From Savitreella phatthalungensis (lineage: Eukaryota), in the NCBI GenBank assembly GCA_051599415.1, contig AP039696.1, positions 248,001 to 312,000 of the forward strand: a stretch of DNA of 64,000 bases. The letters run 5' to 3'. Under the pieces are notes generated by a model, which worked only from the letters and a program-made list of their open reading frames with translations, was not told the origin of the DNA and ran no database searches. Made by a program: the position numbers and the translations under genes. Below, piece after piece: positions 33,240 to 44,281 of this stretch; the stretch's first letter is position 1, and each line of letters opens with the position of its first letter.

Positions 33240-35573
33240 ATGCCCAGCGATGTCTGTGGACCTTATCAGAGGTCCGAGGTGATCGGACGTGGCTCATATG
33301 GCGTCGTCTATCGCGGCATCAATCGCGAAACCAATAGGCTTGTGGCCATCAAAGTGCTCAACCTTGATACGGTTGAAGACGAGGTGGCTGACATACAGAA
33401 GGAGATCATTCTCCTACAATCCTTGAGAGCTGGTGATGCTCAGAACGTCGTCAATTACCACGGCTGCTTCCTGAACGGTACCCGGCTGTGGATTGTCATG
33501 GATTGCTGCGAGGGGGGCTCGATCAGGACCCTCATGAAGGCTGGTAGCATCGAGGAACGCTTCATAGGCGTCATCGTGCGTGAGGTTCTGACAGCCCTAG
33601 CGTTTATCCATAAGTCAAACATCATCCATCGCGATGTCAAGGCCGCCAACATTCTTGTGCGCAACGATGGACGGATCCAGCTCTGCGACTTTGGAGTGGC
33701 CGCTCAACTTGCAGCACAGCATCTCAAGCGCAACACTTTTGTCGGTACGCCGTACTGGATGGCGCCCGAGGTAATCTCCGACGGACTCAGCTATAACTTC
33801 AAGGCCGACATCTGGTCTCTGGGCATCACGATTTACGAGATCGCATACGGAAACCCACCCTACGCAGATCAGGAGCCTATGCGCGCTGTCTTCCTCATTC
33901 CCCGGAGTAAACCTCCGCGTATCGAGAGCGGAGCATTCAGCCCGGCGATGCGCGAGTTTGCTGCCTTTTGCCTGTGCGAGAAACCTGAGGAACGCGCGAG
34001 TGCGACTGACCTACAGAAGTTGAAGTTCATCAAAGCAAGCAGTAAGCTGTCGACCTCAATCCTTGTCGAACTCATTGAACGGTACGAGGCGTGGCGGCGC
34101 AGCGGTGGTGTCAGGAAGTCGCTCGCCAGGCCTGATGAGTCCAGTGATGATGAGGAGGGAGATGGAGATCGCTTCGGCTGGGAAGACGTTCCGCAGGGCA
34201 ACGGTGACTGGGATTTCGGGGACGGTCGAGATTCGACTCTTGTTGCAAAGAACGGCGACCGCTTTTCGGAGCATGCAGATTCGTTGGCATCTGCTGAGAC
34301 GATTCTCAATGGCTCAGTTTTCAATACAGTCAAGCCAATAGCCACATCCTTGAAGACAGATGCAGCAACACAAAAGGATAACCACCCTCTGATGAAGCTA
34401 TTTCAAAGTCCGATTGAGCCATCCGATGGTCAGCTCAAGGCCAAGGATTCACCGGGCCTTCCGCCACCTTCGCTTGCTCGAGGTTTACTCGGGCCGGGCA
34501 GTGAGAGTGGCCCTGGTACCCCGCAATCAGAAGCTGCCTCGATTGAGCTGCCCGATTTGAATGCTGTGTCACTCGGCCAAGCGGCGGCCGTCGCATCTAG
34601 CTCGCCACCGAATGAGCCACTTCCGAAGCCGCCGACTTCTGGGGCTGACACTTACGCTGTGGATCAGACTCGCGGCACAGGCAGACCACCGATGACGAAT
34701 GGCTCTGCCTCATCATCGGGCACTCCCGTGCGGCTGAACCCTCCAATGGCTCCCGCCAGCAGCAGACTCGCCGATCTGGCAGACCTCCCGCCCCCCATTC
34801 CTCCGCAATTTCAATCCCGCGGCTCTTCGCCAACAAGACAAATTTTGCCCCCATCCCAGCCAAATTCGCCTTCAAGGACGATCAGGCCAACTGTAACTTT
34901 GAACACGCTCGTGGCAGCGCAACCGGGCTTCTTGTCGTCTGGAGACTCGCCAAGCGATAATCTGCTGCCAGATATTCCGCTATCGGCTATTTCGAACTTT
35001 ACGGCAAACTCGTCACAATCCTCCTTGTCTAGACAAGATAGCGTGATCAGCGAGACCGGCACCATCCTCGGGTCAGTCTTGCACGCATCGCAGAGCGAGT
35101 CCACTTTGAGCGCTGCCGGCGATAGTGTTGCCTCACTGCCATTGTCCGCCAGCACACGCAGCATCTTGACGAGCAATGGTGAGCAGATGAACGGCGACAA
35201 CGTCCACTCCGTCAATCTTCTCCAGTTCCCGCCACAACCGCATGAGCTCCAACATGACGACGAGGATGGTGCAGACCAGCTCGCCGAGCTCGGACACGGA
35301 CCATTGACGCATTCCTTTGGTCCTTATGATGGGCCAGATAAGCTTTCACTACCGAGGAGCGGTAGCGGTGGCGGCGCTGGTGTCAACGGGCAAGCGAGAC
35401 TCGTCCCATCGAGCGTGCCAGAACTTGACCCGCTCGTCGCGCTCGATCTTGACGTTCTGACAGCTCAAGACCCCGCGCGGATTCACGCCGAGTTGGAACG
35501 CGTCGTAGCCCAAATGATGGGATACCTCGAGGTGATAGAAGATGGTCTTGGACACATGTCCTTCGTTCGCTAG
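33240..35573 (+). CDS. KIC1: GCK/Ste20-family kinase Kic1/Nak1-like (RAM/MOR network)
   Basis: IGRGSYGVVY, VAIKVLNLDTVEDEVADIQKEI, HRDVKAANIL, LCDFGVAAQL, TFVGTPYWMAPEVI, and a C-terminal helix ELERVVAQM...LEVIEDGL. Confidence 0.87.
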   Translation: MPSDVCGPYQRSEVIGRGSYGVVYRGINRETNRLVAIKVLNLDTVEDEVADIQKEIILLQSLRAGDAQNVVNYHGCFLNGTRLWIVMDCCEGGSIRTLMKAGSIEERFIGVIVREVLTALAFIHKSNIIHRDVKAANILVRNDGRIQLCDFGVAAQLAAQHLKRNTFVGTPYWMAPEVISDGLSYNFKADIWSLGITIYEIAYGNPPYADQEPMRAVFLIPRSKPPRIESGAFSPAMREFAAFCLCEKPEERASATDLQKLKFIKASSKLSTSILVELIERYEAWRRSGGVRKSLARPDESSDDEEGDGDRFGWEDVPQGNGDWDFGDGRDSTLVAKNGDRFSEHADSLASAETILNGSVFNTVKPIATSLKTDAATQKDNHPLMKLFQSPIEPSDGQLKAKDSPGLPPPSLARGLLGPGSESGPGTPQSEAASIELPDLNAVSLGQAAAVASSSPPNEPLPKPPTSGADTYAVDQTRGTGRPPMTNGSASSSGTPVRLNPPMAPASSRLADLADLPPPIPPQFQSRGSSPTRQILPPSQPNSPSRTIRPTVTLNTLVAAQPGFLSSGDSPSDNLLPDIPLSAISNFTANSSQSSLSRQDSVISETGTILGSVLHASQSESTLSAAGDSVASLPLSASTRSILTSNGEQMNGDNVHSVNLLQFPPQPHELQHDDEDGADQLAELGHGPLTHSFGPYDGPDKLSLPRSGSGGGAGVNGQARLVPSSVPELDPLVALDLDVLTAQDPARIHAELERVVAQMMGYLEVIEDGLGHMSFVR

Positions 35574-35740
35574 CTCGCTAGCAAGCTTGGCGGCCTGTCG
35601 GGACGACCGTCGCAGACACATGCATTCACCGTACTTTTACTTATGATATGACATGATTCTACGTGCACAATGCTGAAAGTCGGCCCTCTGAGTGCTGTGA
35701 TCTCATGTTCTCGGTGTCTTTCATATCAGCTCGCACCTGT

Positions 35741-38692
35741 TCATACAGTTGTCTTCAGCTCGACGACAATGTGGTCGTTCGCACGACCGCGCGTCGCAGG
35801 GCTTTGCTGCTCGTCGACCTCCACAGATTCAGAGTCAATCTCCACGGCCTCGAGACCCTTGATGAGTGAGACAATACTGGCAGATTCGCTGCGAATGAGC
35901 TCGGTGTCCTGCGAAGCGTCGATGTGCAAACTCACTTGAGCATCCGCCTTGATTTTGTTGGCGACCATGAGAGAACGAATCGTCTTGACCACTTCGATGA
36001 TGCCCTCATAGCGTGTAGCCTCGGCTGGAAAATGCGCCATCTCCAAGAAGACTGGATAGGTTGCGACCACGATTGATGGCGTCTCGTCGCCCTGCCTGCG
36101 TGGTAAGCGCTGCCAGAGTTCCTCGCTGACGTACGGCATGAATGGGTGAATCAAGGTCAGGCCACCCTCGAGCGCCGTATAGAGTGTTCCCTTGCACGAT
36201 GCCTGCTGTTCCGCCGTACCCGTTGCGAAAAGATGCTTCGAATTCTCGATAAAGACATCGCACAAATCATAAAGCCAGAAGCTGTGAATGGCGGTCGTTG
36301 ATGCTAGGAAGTCCTTGCGTTCGAGTGCTTCATTCGTAATTCGCGATGCCTCGTTCAGGCGGTGAAGTATCCACTGTTCCACAAGCGTTTCCCTTCCTGT
36401 GGGCTGAGAGCTTGCGGCAGGTGTGAAGCTGTCGTCGAGCCTTGTCAGAGCGAACTTGGTCGCATTATAGATTTTGTTGCAGAACTTGCGGTATCCGTCG
36501 ATTCTTAGAATGTCCAGGTTGATGTCTCGACCGCCTACAGTATAAGCACACAGGGCGAATCGTAGCGCATCAGTGCCACACTCCGGAATGCCCTTCGGGA
36601 AGCTCGCCTTCTGGTTCGCTTTCGCCCTATTGATCTCTGCCGGGTCGAGATTGCCTTGTAGAAGCTGGTCGTGAAGCTTATCCAATTCGATGCCCTGAAT
36701 GACATCGATAGGATCAATCACGTTGCCAAGCGTCTTGCTCATCTTCCTGCCCTGAGCGTCGCGAATCAGCGAGTGGCAGTACACCTGCTTGAATGGTGAC
36801 CGGCCGGTGAGCTTGATGCCAAGCATCACCATGCGGGCGACCCAGAAAAATAGAATGTCCCAGCCAGTCTCAAGCAGAGAGGTCGGGTAGAATCGAGAGT
36901 AGTCAGGGGTGTCCTTTGGCCAGCCGAGAGTTGAGAATGGCCAAAGACCGGAAGAAAACCAAGTGTCCAAGACATCCTCGTCACGCTTCAGCGAGTATTG
37001 TTTACCAGCAAATTTCTGCGCGGCCTTAGCACGAGCTTCGTCCTCAGTCCGTCCAGACACCCAATATGCATCCTCAGCGCGACAGGCGCCGTGATTGTTC
37101 CCTTCAATCTCGACATAGTAGACAGGAGCCTGGTGGCCCCACCAGAGCTGTCGAGAGATGCACCAATCCTGGACATTCGTCATCCATCGTAAGAAATCCG
37201 CCTCACTGACCTTTGGAACAATTTCAATGTCTCCGTTTTCCACAGCCTGTTTGGCAGCATCGGCCATGGCTGATTGCTTCACCCACCACTGAGGCTTCAT
37301 GAGAGGCTCAATCACATCGCCGGACTTCGAGCAAACGGGAATCGACATTGCGTTGTCCTCTACGCCGATGAAGAGACCAAGCTCCTGCAGCTTAGCCACG
37401 ACCGTCTTGCGAGCATCGAAGCGCTTGACGCCCTGCCAGTCGCCGCAATTCTCGTTGAACGTGCCATCGTCATTCAAGATATTGATGAACTCCAACTTGT
37501 GGCGCATTCCACATTCATAGTCGTTCGCATCGTGCGCGGGGGTCACCTTTACGGCTCCTGTGCCGAATGCCATATCGACCAGGATGTCGTCGCAAATGAT
37601 TGGGATGCGCCGATCGAGTAGTGGATGGCGCACAAATTTGCCATGCAGATGCTTGTAGCGTTCGTCCTGAGGATGTACGGCAATTCCCGTATCACCAAGC
37701 ATCGTCTCAGGGCGGGTCGTTGCCACAACGATTCGCTCGTCGGAGTCTTCAACCACATAAGCGAACGATGTGATCGCACCAAATTCGACCATGTCATCGT
37801 AGCCTGGCACTTTGAGTAGTGTGCGACCTGGAACTTCCTTCTGGTCGACCTCCAAATTTGATAAGGTGGTCGTGAGCTTCGTGCACCAATTCACGAGTCT
37901 ATTCGCTCTATAGATGATGCCTTCCTCGTGTAGTCGGACAAAGGTTTCCGCGACGGCTGCGCTCAAGTTCTCATCCATGGTGAATGCTTCGCGGGACCAA
38001 TCATACGAAGCGCCTAAGCGCTTGAGCTGCGATTTGATGCGCACGTGGTACTCTTCCTTCCAGGCCCATACCAGATCGATGAAGTCTTTACGACCGAAGT
38101 CGTGGCGAGTCTTTTGCTCTCGCTGCCACAGCTTCTTCTCCACTGCAGATTGCGTCGACAGACCTGCATGGTCAAAGCCTGGCAGAAACAGAACAGTCTT
38201 GCCACGCATCCTATGCCAGCGAGCGAGAGCGTCCTGGATGGCGATTGTCAGTGCATGACCAATGTGCAAAGCACCTGTCACATTCGGTGGCGGCGCCGGT
38301 ATTACGAAGATCTCTTCGCCATCGTGCTGCGCTTTCGGCTCGAAAAAGCCAGCGGCTACCCACCAATCGTACCACGCGGATTCTACTGCAGCAGGATTAT
38401 AAGCGCGTAATGCATCGCTGTCGAAAGGCTGTAACCGCTTCTTCTCCCCCTGAGGCGTTGTCTCAGTATAAGTAGCATCGACTACGGGTGCTGCGGTCTT
38501 CTTTTCCTTCTTGGGTGCTGCAGCCTGCTTCGCCGCTTGCTCAGCCTTTGCCTTCTGCTTTGCATCGAATTTTGCTTGCTTGGCCTTTTTCTCTGCTGCC
38601 TTGCGCAGCTCCTTCTCATTCATCGGACGAGACTCTCCGCTCGTCGCATCCTTCACCCATCCTTCGGGCAGAGCTCCGCCTGGCGTCGTCAT
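35741..38692 (-). CDS. VAS1: Valyl-tRNA synthetase (probably cytosolic)
   Basis: PPPNVTGALHIGHA (HIGH), ATTRPET, DWCISRQLWWGH, DVLDTWFSS and KMSKT (KMSKS). A Lys-rich N-terminal extension is typical of eukaryotic cytosolic forms. Confidence 0.97.
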   Translation of the reverse strand: MTTPGGALPEGWVKDATSGESRPMNEKELRKAAEKKAKQAKFDAKQKAKAEQAAKQAAAPKKEKKTAAPVVDATYTETTPQGEKKRLQPFDSDALRAYNPAAVESAWYDWWVAAGFFEPKAQHDGEEIFVIPAPPPNVTGALHIGHALTIAIQDALARWHRMRGKTVLFLPGFDHAGLSTQSAVEKKLWQREQKTRHDFGRKDFIDLVWAWKEEYHVRIKSQLKRLGASYDWSREAFTMDENLSAAVAETFVRLHEEGIIYRANRLVNWCTKLTTTLSNLEVDQKEVPGRTLLKVPGYDDMVEFGAITSFAYVVEDSDERIVVATTRPETMLGDTGIAVHPQDERYKHLHGKFVRHPLLDRRIPIICDDILVDMAFGTGAVKVTPAHDANDYECGMRHKLEFINILNDDGTFNENCGDWQGVKRFDARKTVVAKLQELGLFIGVEDNAMSIPVCSKSGDVIEPLMKPQWWVKQSAMADAAKQAVENGDIEIVPKVSEADFLRWMTNVQDWCISRQLWWGHQAPVYYVEIEGNNHGACRAEDAYWVSGRTEDEARAKAAQKFAGKQYSLKRDEDVLDTWFSSGLWPFSTLGWPKDTPDYSRFYPTSLLETGWDILFFWVARMVMLGIKLTGRSPFKQVYCHSLIRDAQGRKMSKTLGNVIDPIDVIQGIELDKLHDQLLQGNLDPAEINRAKANQKASFPKGIPECGTDALRFALCAYTVGGRDINLDILRIDGYRKFCNKIYNATKFALTRLDDSFTPAASSQPTGRETLVEQWILHRLNEASRITNEALERKDFLASTTAIHSFWLYDLCDVFIENSKHLFATGTAEQQASCKGTLYTALEGGLTLIHPFMPYVSEELWQRLPRRQGDETPSIVVATYPVFLEMAHFPAEATRYEGIIEVVKTIRSLMVANKIKADAQVSLHIDASQDTELIRSESASIVSLIKGLEAVEIDSESVEVDEQQSPATRGRANDHIVVELKTTV

Positions 38693-39047
38693 GCTTCAGC
38701 AAAAGGGTATCGGGGTTGCAGATGACTTTATTGTCAACTTTTTTTCCTGCATCCCCGACGCTCACCGGCACACACATACACGCATTAAAGAAATCCATGC
38801 ATGCAGATATATACGCAGCTGTAGTTGTATGGTGGAGACCTTCAGCTATTTTTGTGCATCGTTTTACAGGACTCGCCTGATAGAATCGAAATGAACTTTA
38901 TGTCAAAGTTGCTATGGGTCCATTAGCCCGACACAAACATGGAGCTTCAAAGATACATAGCAACGCTGCTGATTAGCAAACTTCGAAGATTTGATTACAT
39001 TGACGAGTCTCCGGCACTACAGCTTGCTTGACTCACGCGCGAGTCGA

Positions 39048-40910
39048 CTAAACCGCCAGAGCGCGCTGCGCAAAGTAGACTACATCGGGGTCAGAGTCAT
39101 TGCCCAGTCGCTCCAATGATTGGCGCACGTCGTCTAGAACACTGTGACCTTCGTGATGCTCTCGGAGTACAGGCGAGATTGCGCCGTAAGACTTCGCTAC
39201 ATTGAAGCGTATATTGGGAATTCGGTCATCCGCGAGCGTGTCCAAAACCGGCAGTATCATGTCCTTGATGACTGTCACATTGACAACCGGAGCGAGAGTC
39301 GTGATGGCGAAGATTGTTGTCATGCGGTATAGATAATTCGAATGTTGTCCCATGGCGAGGACCTTCGGTATGATAGACTGTTGTGCCCATTGAATATCGA
39401 ATACCTCGATGAGCTTGCGCAGGTTGACCGTTGCTGCCTCCCGAATAGAAAACACCGAATCGCCAAGCCACGACATGCAAAGATCTGCGAGTTGTTCGTC
39501 GAAGAATTCGACACCAAGCTGACCGGCGAGTAGGGGAATATACTCAATGATCGCAAGTCTAACTCGCCACTGCTTGTCCTCGGCGAGCTTGACGATGGCA
39601 GGCAGAAGCGATTGGGAAAGCAGCTCTATGCCGATCACGTTGTTGACCTGTTCGAGCTTGGAAATGATGTTGAGACGAACGTCCGGATATTCATCCTTGA
39701 GCATTTGTAAGAACATCGGCAACAAGTTGTCGATCGTGTCCTGCTTGCCAAGTATGGGTGCCAGCGCGCTGATTTGCTTGCCCCAGGCTGCCCTTACGTA
39801 TTGAGAGGAATCAGTTATCAAGTCTTTAACGACAAGCAATATAGGGTCGAGGATGCGCTCTTTTGGAACGAGCTTACATATTCCGGCAATCTGCGAGGCG
39901 ACCGCTGTGCGGACTTCAGCTTCCGAATCGCGCAGAAGCTGAATGAATGCTGGCACGAGCTCGGTATCCACAGTCTGCTGGTTGGCGGCTTCTGCAAGGC
40001 TCACAAGATGGTCCGCAACCATATATCGAACGCGCCAACTCTTGTCGTTTGTGAGGGCATTGAAGATGCGCAGGACTTGTTCTGCAGATGCAGTTGCCGA
40101 AGATTCCCCAGCTCGTCGTGTCACCGCGATAAGGGCCTCAACCGTCAGCAACCGTACAGAGTCTTGATCATCGGTGGACAGCAGGCGTAGCTCCGGCACC
40201 GCCTCATCAAAAACGATGTCACCCTCGAGTTTCGGAATGAGCTTGGCGAGATTGGCGGCAGCAGCTCGACGGACCATGGGCGTCTCGTCGTGACACAGCT
40301 GGATGAAGAGAGTCCGGAGTCGCTCGCGGCTCGAAGAGCCGGCTTTCTCGTATCCTGCAGCGAAAAGACCAGCGCTGGAGCTGCGCGACGTGAACCAATC
40401 ACCCGTCGCTAGACGTTCGATCAAGGCAACATAGTGTTGTTCGACCTGGTCTTGCGAAAGAATTTCGCAGATCGCATTCAAGGATTCAACGGCCTGCGGG
40501 TTAGCACTTTGCTTCCAGCCTAATCGATTATGGTTGCCCAGCTTACCTTCTCTCGAACCAGTGTCTCTTCTACAGCTGCAAGATGTGCAAGCGGTGTGAG
40601 CAGAACATGTGCGTGCTCGGGACCGCCAACATAATCGACGAATTGTCCGAGTTCAGCAGCGAGGGCCTGAAGAACTTCGTCCTCGTCGTCTAGTGATTCA
40701 TCGAGAAATGGAATCAGTTCGTCTCTCGTTCGCTGAGGCCCAAGAGCAAGAGCAATAGTCGCAAGTCTCCGAATAGCATTCAAACGCAGCTGAACATCCT
40801 CATGTTCTTGATCGGTCAGTCAATCTGTCGTGCTGAGAATTTCTGGAATACTTACTTAGCTCGTCGATGAGGATCGCAATGGGATACAGCGTATCCTGCT
40901 GTCCGCTCAT
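39048..40910 (-). CDS. TPD3: Protein phosphatase 2A scaffold (A) subunit; exons 40910-40856, 40806-40547, 40493-39048
   Basis: The spliced N-terminus reads [33 protein letters not shown]. Introns are 40807-40855 (GTAAGT..CTGAC..AAG) and 40494-40546 (GTAAGC..GCTAAC..CAG). HEAT repeats include [23 protein letters not shown] and [10 protein letters not shown]. Confidence 0.96.
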
Positions 40911-41613
40911 TGTGAAAGCGATTCACAGACCCTGCAATCTTGTGTACTGAGTTTCTAGACCGGCACTAGCGTTGAAGGGCGGGAGAAATGCGATGCAAGC
41001 TCAAATACAATTGTCGATGCCAGTCGTCAAATGATATCGTTAGAATTGCCGGAGCAGCTCTTCGCGGTTCGGACCACTGAATAGACTTGTGGTCGCCTTG
41101 GTCTTTCAACAGAACAGTGGTTGTTGCTGCCGTGCTGATCTTGCGCTGTTGCAATCACCGTCACTCGCGCGAATGAGCGCGATCGTCGAGAGAATGCACG
41201 TAAAATGCTTCGACATAGATCTGACAGCAGTGAATTCAAAATATCTTGAATGAAGATAGATTTGATTGCTCTTCACGTCCCTAGCCAGCCGGCGCTCCAG
41301 CTTTCTCTGATCTAATCAAAATCGATCTCTCTCGATGCAGTACAAATTCACATTCGTAAGATACCGCTGAGGGGGCAACATGCGACCACGGAACCTGAAG
41401 GAGTAATGAGAATACGCAAATGGACTCGGTCACGAACAAGTTCAGCGATCGAGACCCGACACGATGAAACCGGGAAAATTGTCCTACACAGTATCATGGA
41501 GAGCATTCTCAAGCGGTCGTACGTGTGCATTGTAAATAAAGATTGCTTTTACTGAGTCGAGCATCTAAGGTCTGCTTGCGACGCCAATCGGAATAATCTC
41601 ACAGACGCACAGC

Positions 41614-42600
41614 TCAGGAGAGAGCTGGGAATGCAGATTCATCTAGGGCAATGGCACTACCCTTCGAGCTGCCGCCACGTGCGGGTGCATTGCTACGCGG
41701 GCCATCATTACGCCCACCGCGGGCACCGCCACGACCACCGCGCTGACCACCGCGACTGCTGGCATTTGCTCCACGAGCACCGCCACGACCGCGCGAGTCT
41801 CCGCCGCGACCACCGCGACCACCGCTGGAGCTGGGCTCGTAGAAACGCTGCTCAATCTCGAGGAATTCCTTCTGCTTGCGGTCTTTGTTGGTGCCAGTCT
41901 TCGCCCTCTGCGTACCCGCGAAGTATGCGTCCTGCGAATCATCGCGAGTAAAAGCGACGCTGTCGGCCCACTTAGATTCATCTGCACCCTCGTTCGCTCG
42001 GCGAGTCTGGAGCTCGCCGCCAAGTGACAGGGATGACGCCTTCGACTTGAGGTAGTCTTCGTAGGACTGAGTCTTGTCTTCTTCCTCCACCGCGACAGCG
42101 GCAGCTGGAGAAGTCTCGCCTTCGGGAGCATTCGGATCATGCGAATCGATGGCTTCAGCTGTGCTAGCCTGCTGAGCCTCAGCCTCATTGCCCCAGGGCT
42201 GTTCCGTTGCTTTGGGCGTATCGGTTCGTCCAGAAGCGTTGCGACGATCGAAGTCACGACGGCGTCCAGAAGCACCACCACGAGCGCCTCCACGACCTCC
42301 ACGACCGCCGCGGGCTGGAGCCTCGCCGCCTGCAGGCTCTACAGGACGGCTGTCGTTGTCGTTTGGCGCAAGCTTGTTGTTAGCCGAGCTGCGAGGACGT
42401 CCGTTGCCTTCGCCTCGAGAAGGAGGCACTCCTTCACGTCTCGTCTCTGCAGCAGTCTTCTGAGTCGTGTCGCGCTTACGAGACGTCGTCTGCTTTGCAA
42501 CGATCTCCTTGGGCTCCGTCTTTGGTGCGGAGGCCGCAGCAGGAGACTGCTCAGCGTCATTGCCTAGCAGGTCGAAGGGGTTTCTTGTCGTGACCGACAT
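41614..42600 (-). CDS. STM1: Stm1/Oga1 (HABP4/SERBP1-family) ribosome-preservation, RGG-rich nucleic-acid-binding protein
   Basis: N-terminal NPFDLLGND, then RRDFDRRNASGR, KTQSYEDYL, RRANEG and KEFLEIEQRF. RGG repeats and a terminal DESAFPAL. Confidence 0.88.
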   Translation of the reverse strand: MSVTTRNPFDLLGNDAEQSPAAASAPKTEPKEIVAKQTTSRKRDTTQKTAAETRREGVPPSRGEGNGRPRSSANNKLAPNDNDSRPVEPAGGEAPARGGRGGRGGARGGASGRRRDFDRRNASGRTDTPKATEQPWGNEAEAQQASTAEAIDSHDPNAPEGETSPAAAVAVEEEDKTQSYEDYLKSKASSLSLGGELQTRRANEGADESKWADSVAFTRDDSQDAYFAGTQRAKTGTNKDRKQKEFLEIEQRFYEPSSSGGRGGRGGDSRGRGGARGANASSRGGQRGGRGGARGGRNDGPRSNAPARGGSSKGSAIALDESAFPALS

Positions 42601-44281
42601 GGCTGTCTTGAAACGATCGATGCAAGGCGAACTTTTATTGTGGGAGAGCCTTGTGGGTCTGCAGCAACGTCACTGTGGGAGGCTGACAGTCGTTTACGCC
42701 AGGACGTTGCGTAGCTGCTGTATGCGCTGTGCTGTTGCTGTCTGTCTACGGGCTCGACCGCTCACTGGTTGACTTGCTGGATATACTCGTGCTACCTAAT
42801 TCGCCTGGCCTCTTGGTTGGGCTAGTGGACTCACTTATGCATACTATTCGCACATGCAGGGTTCAACGTCAGCCTAGAACGTAGCGAGCGAAATTAGTCC
42901 ATTCGGAATTGCATAGCCCACCGTGGATAGATTCGAATTAAAGAAGGAAAGCTGTTTCGCAAAACTTCTGAAGAAGCCCTATCAATCGCAGTCGTATTAT
43001 GGGGTGGTTCAGGTTCGTGCTTCCTGACGGTCGTGTGAACCGTGGGCATTTGATCAGTTCAAACGACGGGATGCATAATCACCCGTATTTGTTTACTGAC
43101 AAGCACACATTATATCGCTCGGAAATGCTCTCTCCTGTATCACAATACGATCGAGGTCAGAGGACCCTGGGTCTTATCAATGTATAGTCAAGCTCCCGGG
43201 ATCGTATGGTTTTGAACCTTGTCATAAGCATGGTCTCGCCTCATGAGAGTCTGCCCGCAAAAGCTGTTCAGCAGTCATGAAACTCTATACTGCAGTCAAG
43301 AGTGCCAGGTTATTGCTGCAGTTGTAATATGAACGCCACGAATGCCTTCATCTCCTCCTGAAATTCATGCGCTCATGTGACCTGAGACAGCTTCGATAGC
43401 TTCGTCGCATCGGTCTTGGTGTTCCGATGGTACGAACGAAAACAAGATGACTGCATCGACCCGTTCAGGTTACGCAAGCATAAACGCGGAATCATGAGTA
43501 ATAACGGCCAAGTTAGTGAGCTTCTGTTGTGTCCCGCGCTGGTCTCTTATCCCTGGCCGGCTATGCCATAGTACTGCGAGTCACGACAAATCCAAGATGT
43601 CTTTAAGACCACGGCTAAAGGTTTAGTCTGTGAGCGTAATCTATTTCGGTGAGCACCGGCGCCTAGAGACGGCAGCTTCTCCAAAGCATGATGCACGGGC
43701 GATCTTCTCAAAGACGGCCGTGAACGAACCACAGTGGCGGATCGGTCGAGTACAAGCACTTAGATCGAGCACTCTAGGGCCATTGTCGCGGCGCGAAGCC
43801 CACAGGATTCACATAGCAGGAGGCGCTGAAAGCACCGTGTTGATTTTAATTTGTCAGTTGTGAAATTCTGCGACGCTTTCCAGTAAGCCGCGTCTATCCG
43901 CGGAGCTTTTTCGCGAGCAGAATCCATGCACTGTTGAGCGCGTGCATCGGCTAGGTGCTTCCAAGACACATTGCTTTGCCTGGTTGCTACATCACCTTTG
44001 ACAAATTGTGTGACCGGCGCAACAAGCCCTGTCGCTCAAGCCGCGCAAGACGACGATATTGCGCAACGAGTGTCTGTGAGCGCAAAATACCATTGAGACC
44101 GCCTCAACCAGAAACGCGCGCGCACAACGGGCCAAGACGCATATCGTTTGAGTTAGAGCAGACGTGCGCAAGCAAATCGATCAACTGAGCTTCGAGGTTT
44201 GCAGCGACGCAGCACGTCTAGTACAATCATCTATACAACACAGAAGCAGCAGCACACCTGACAACAGAAACGCCTGTGCCC

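Noticed and set aside
38693..38800. Upstream extension giving a mitochondrial ValRS isoform, as in S. cerevisiae VAS1
   Set aside because: An in-frame TGA lies two codons upstream of the ATG, and no convincing spliced presequence exon was found.
42601..44281. Short ORFs in the 1.7 kb STM1-PAL1 divergent gap (and similarly 50513-51774)
   Set aside because: None has recognisable motifs or a consistent exon chain, so these were treated as promoter/UTR DNA.
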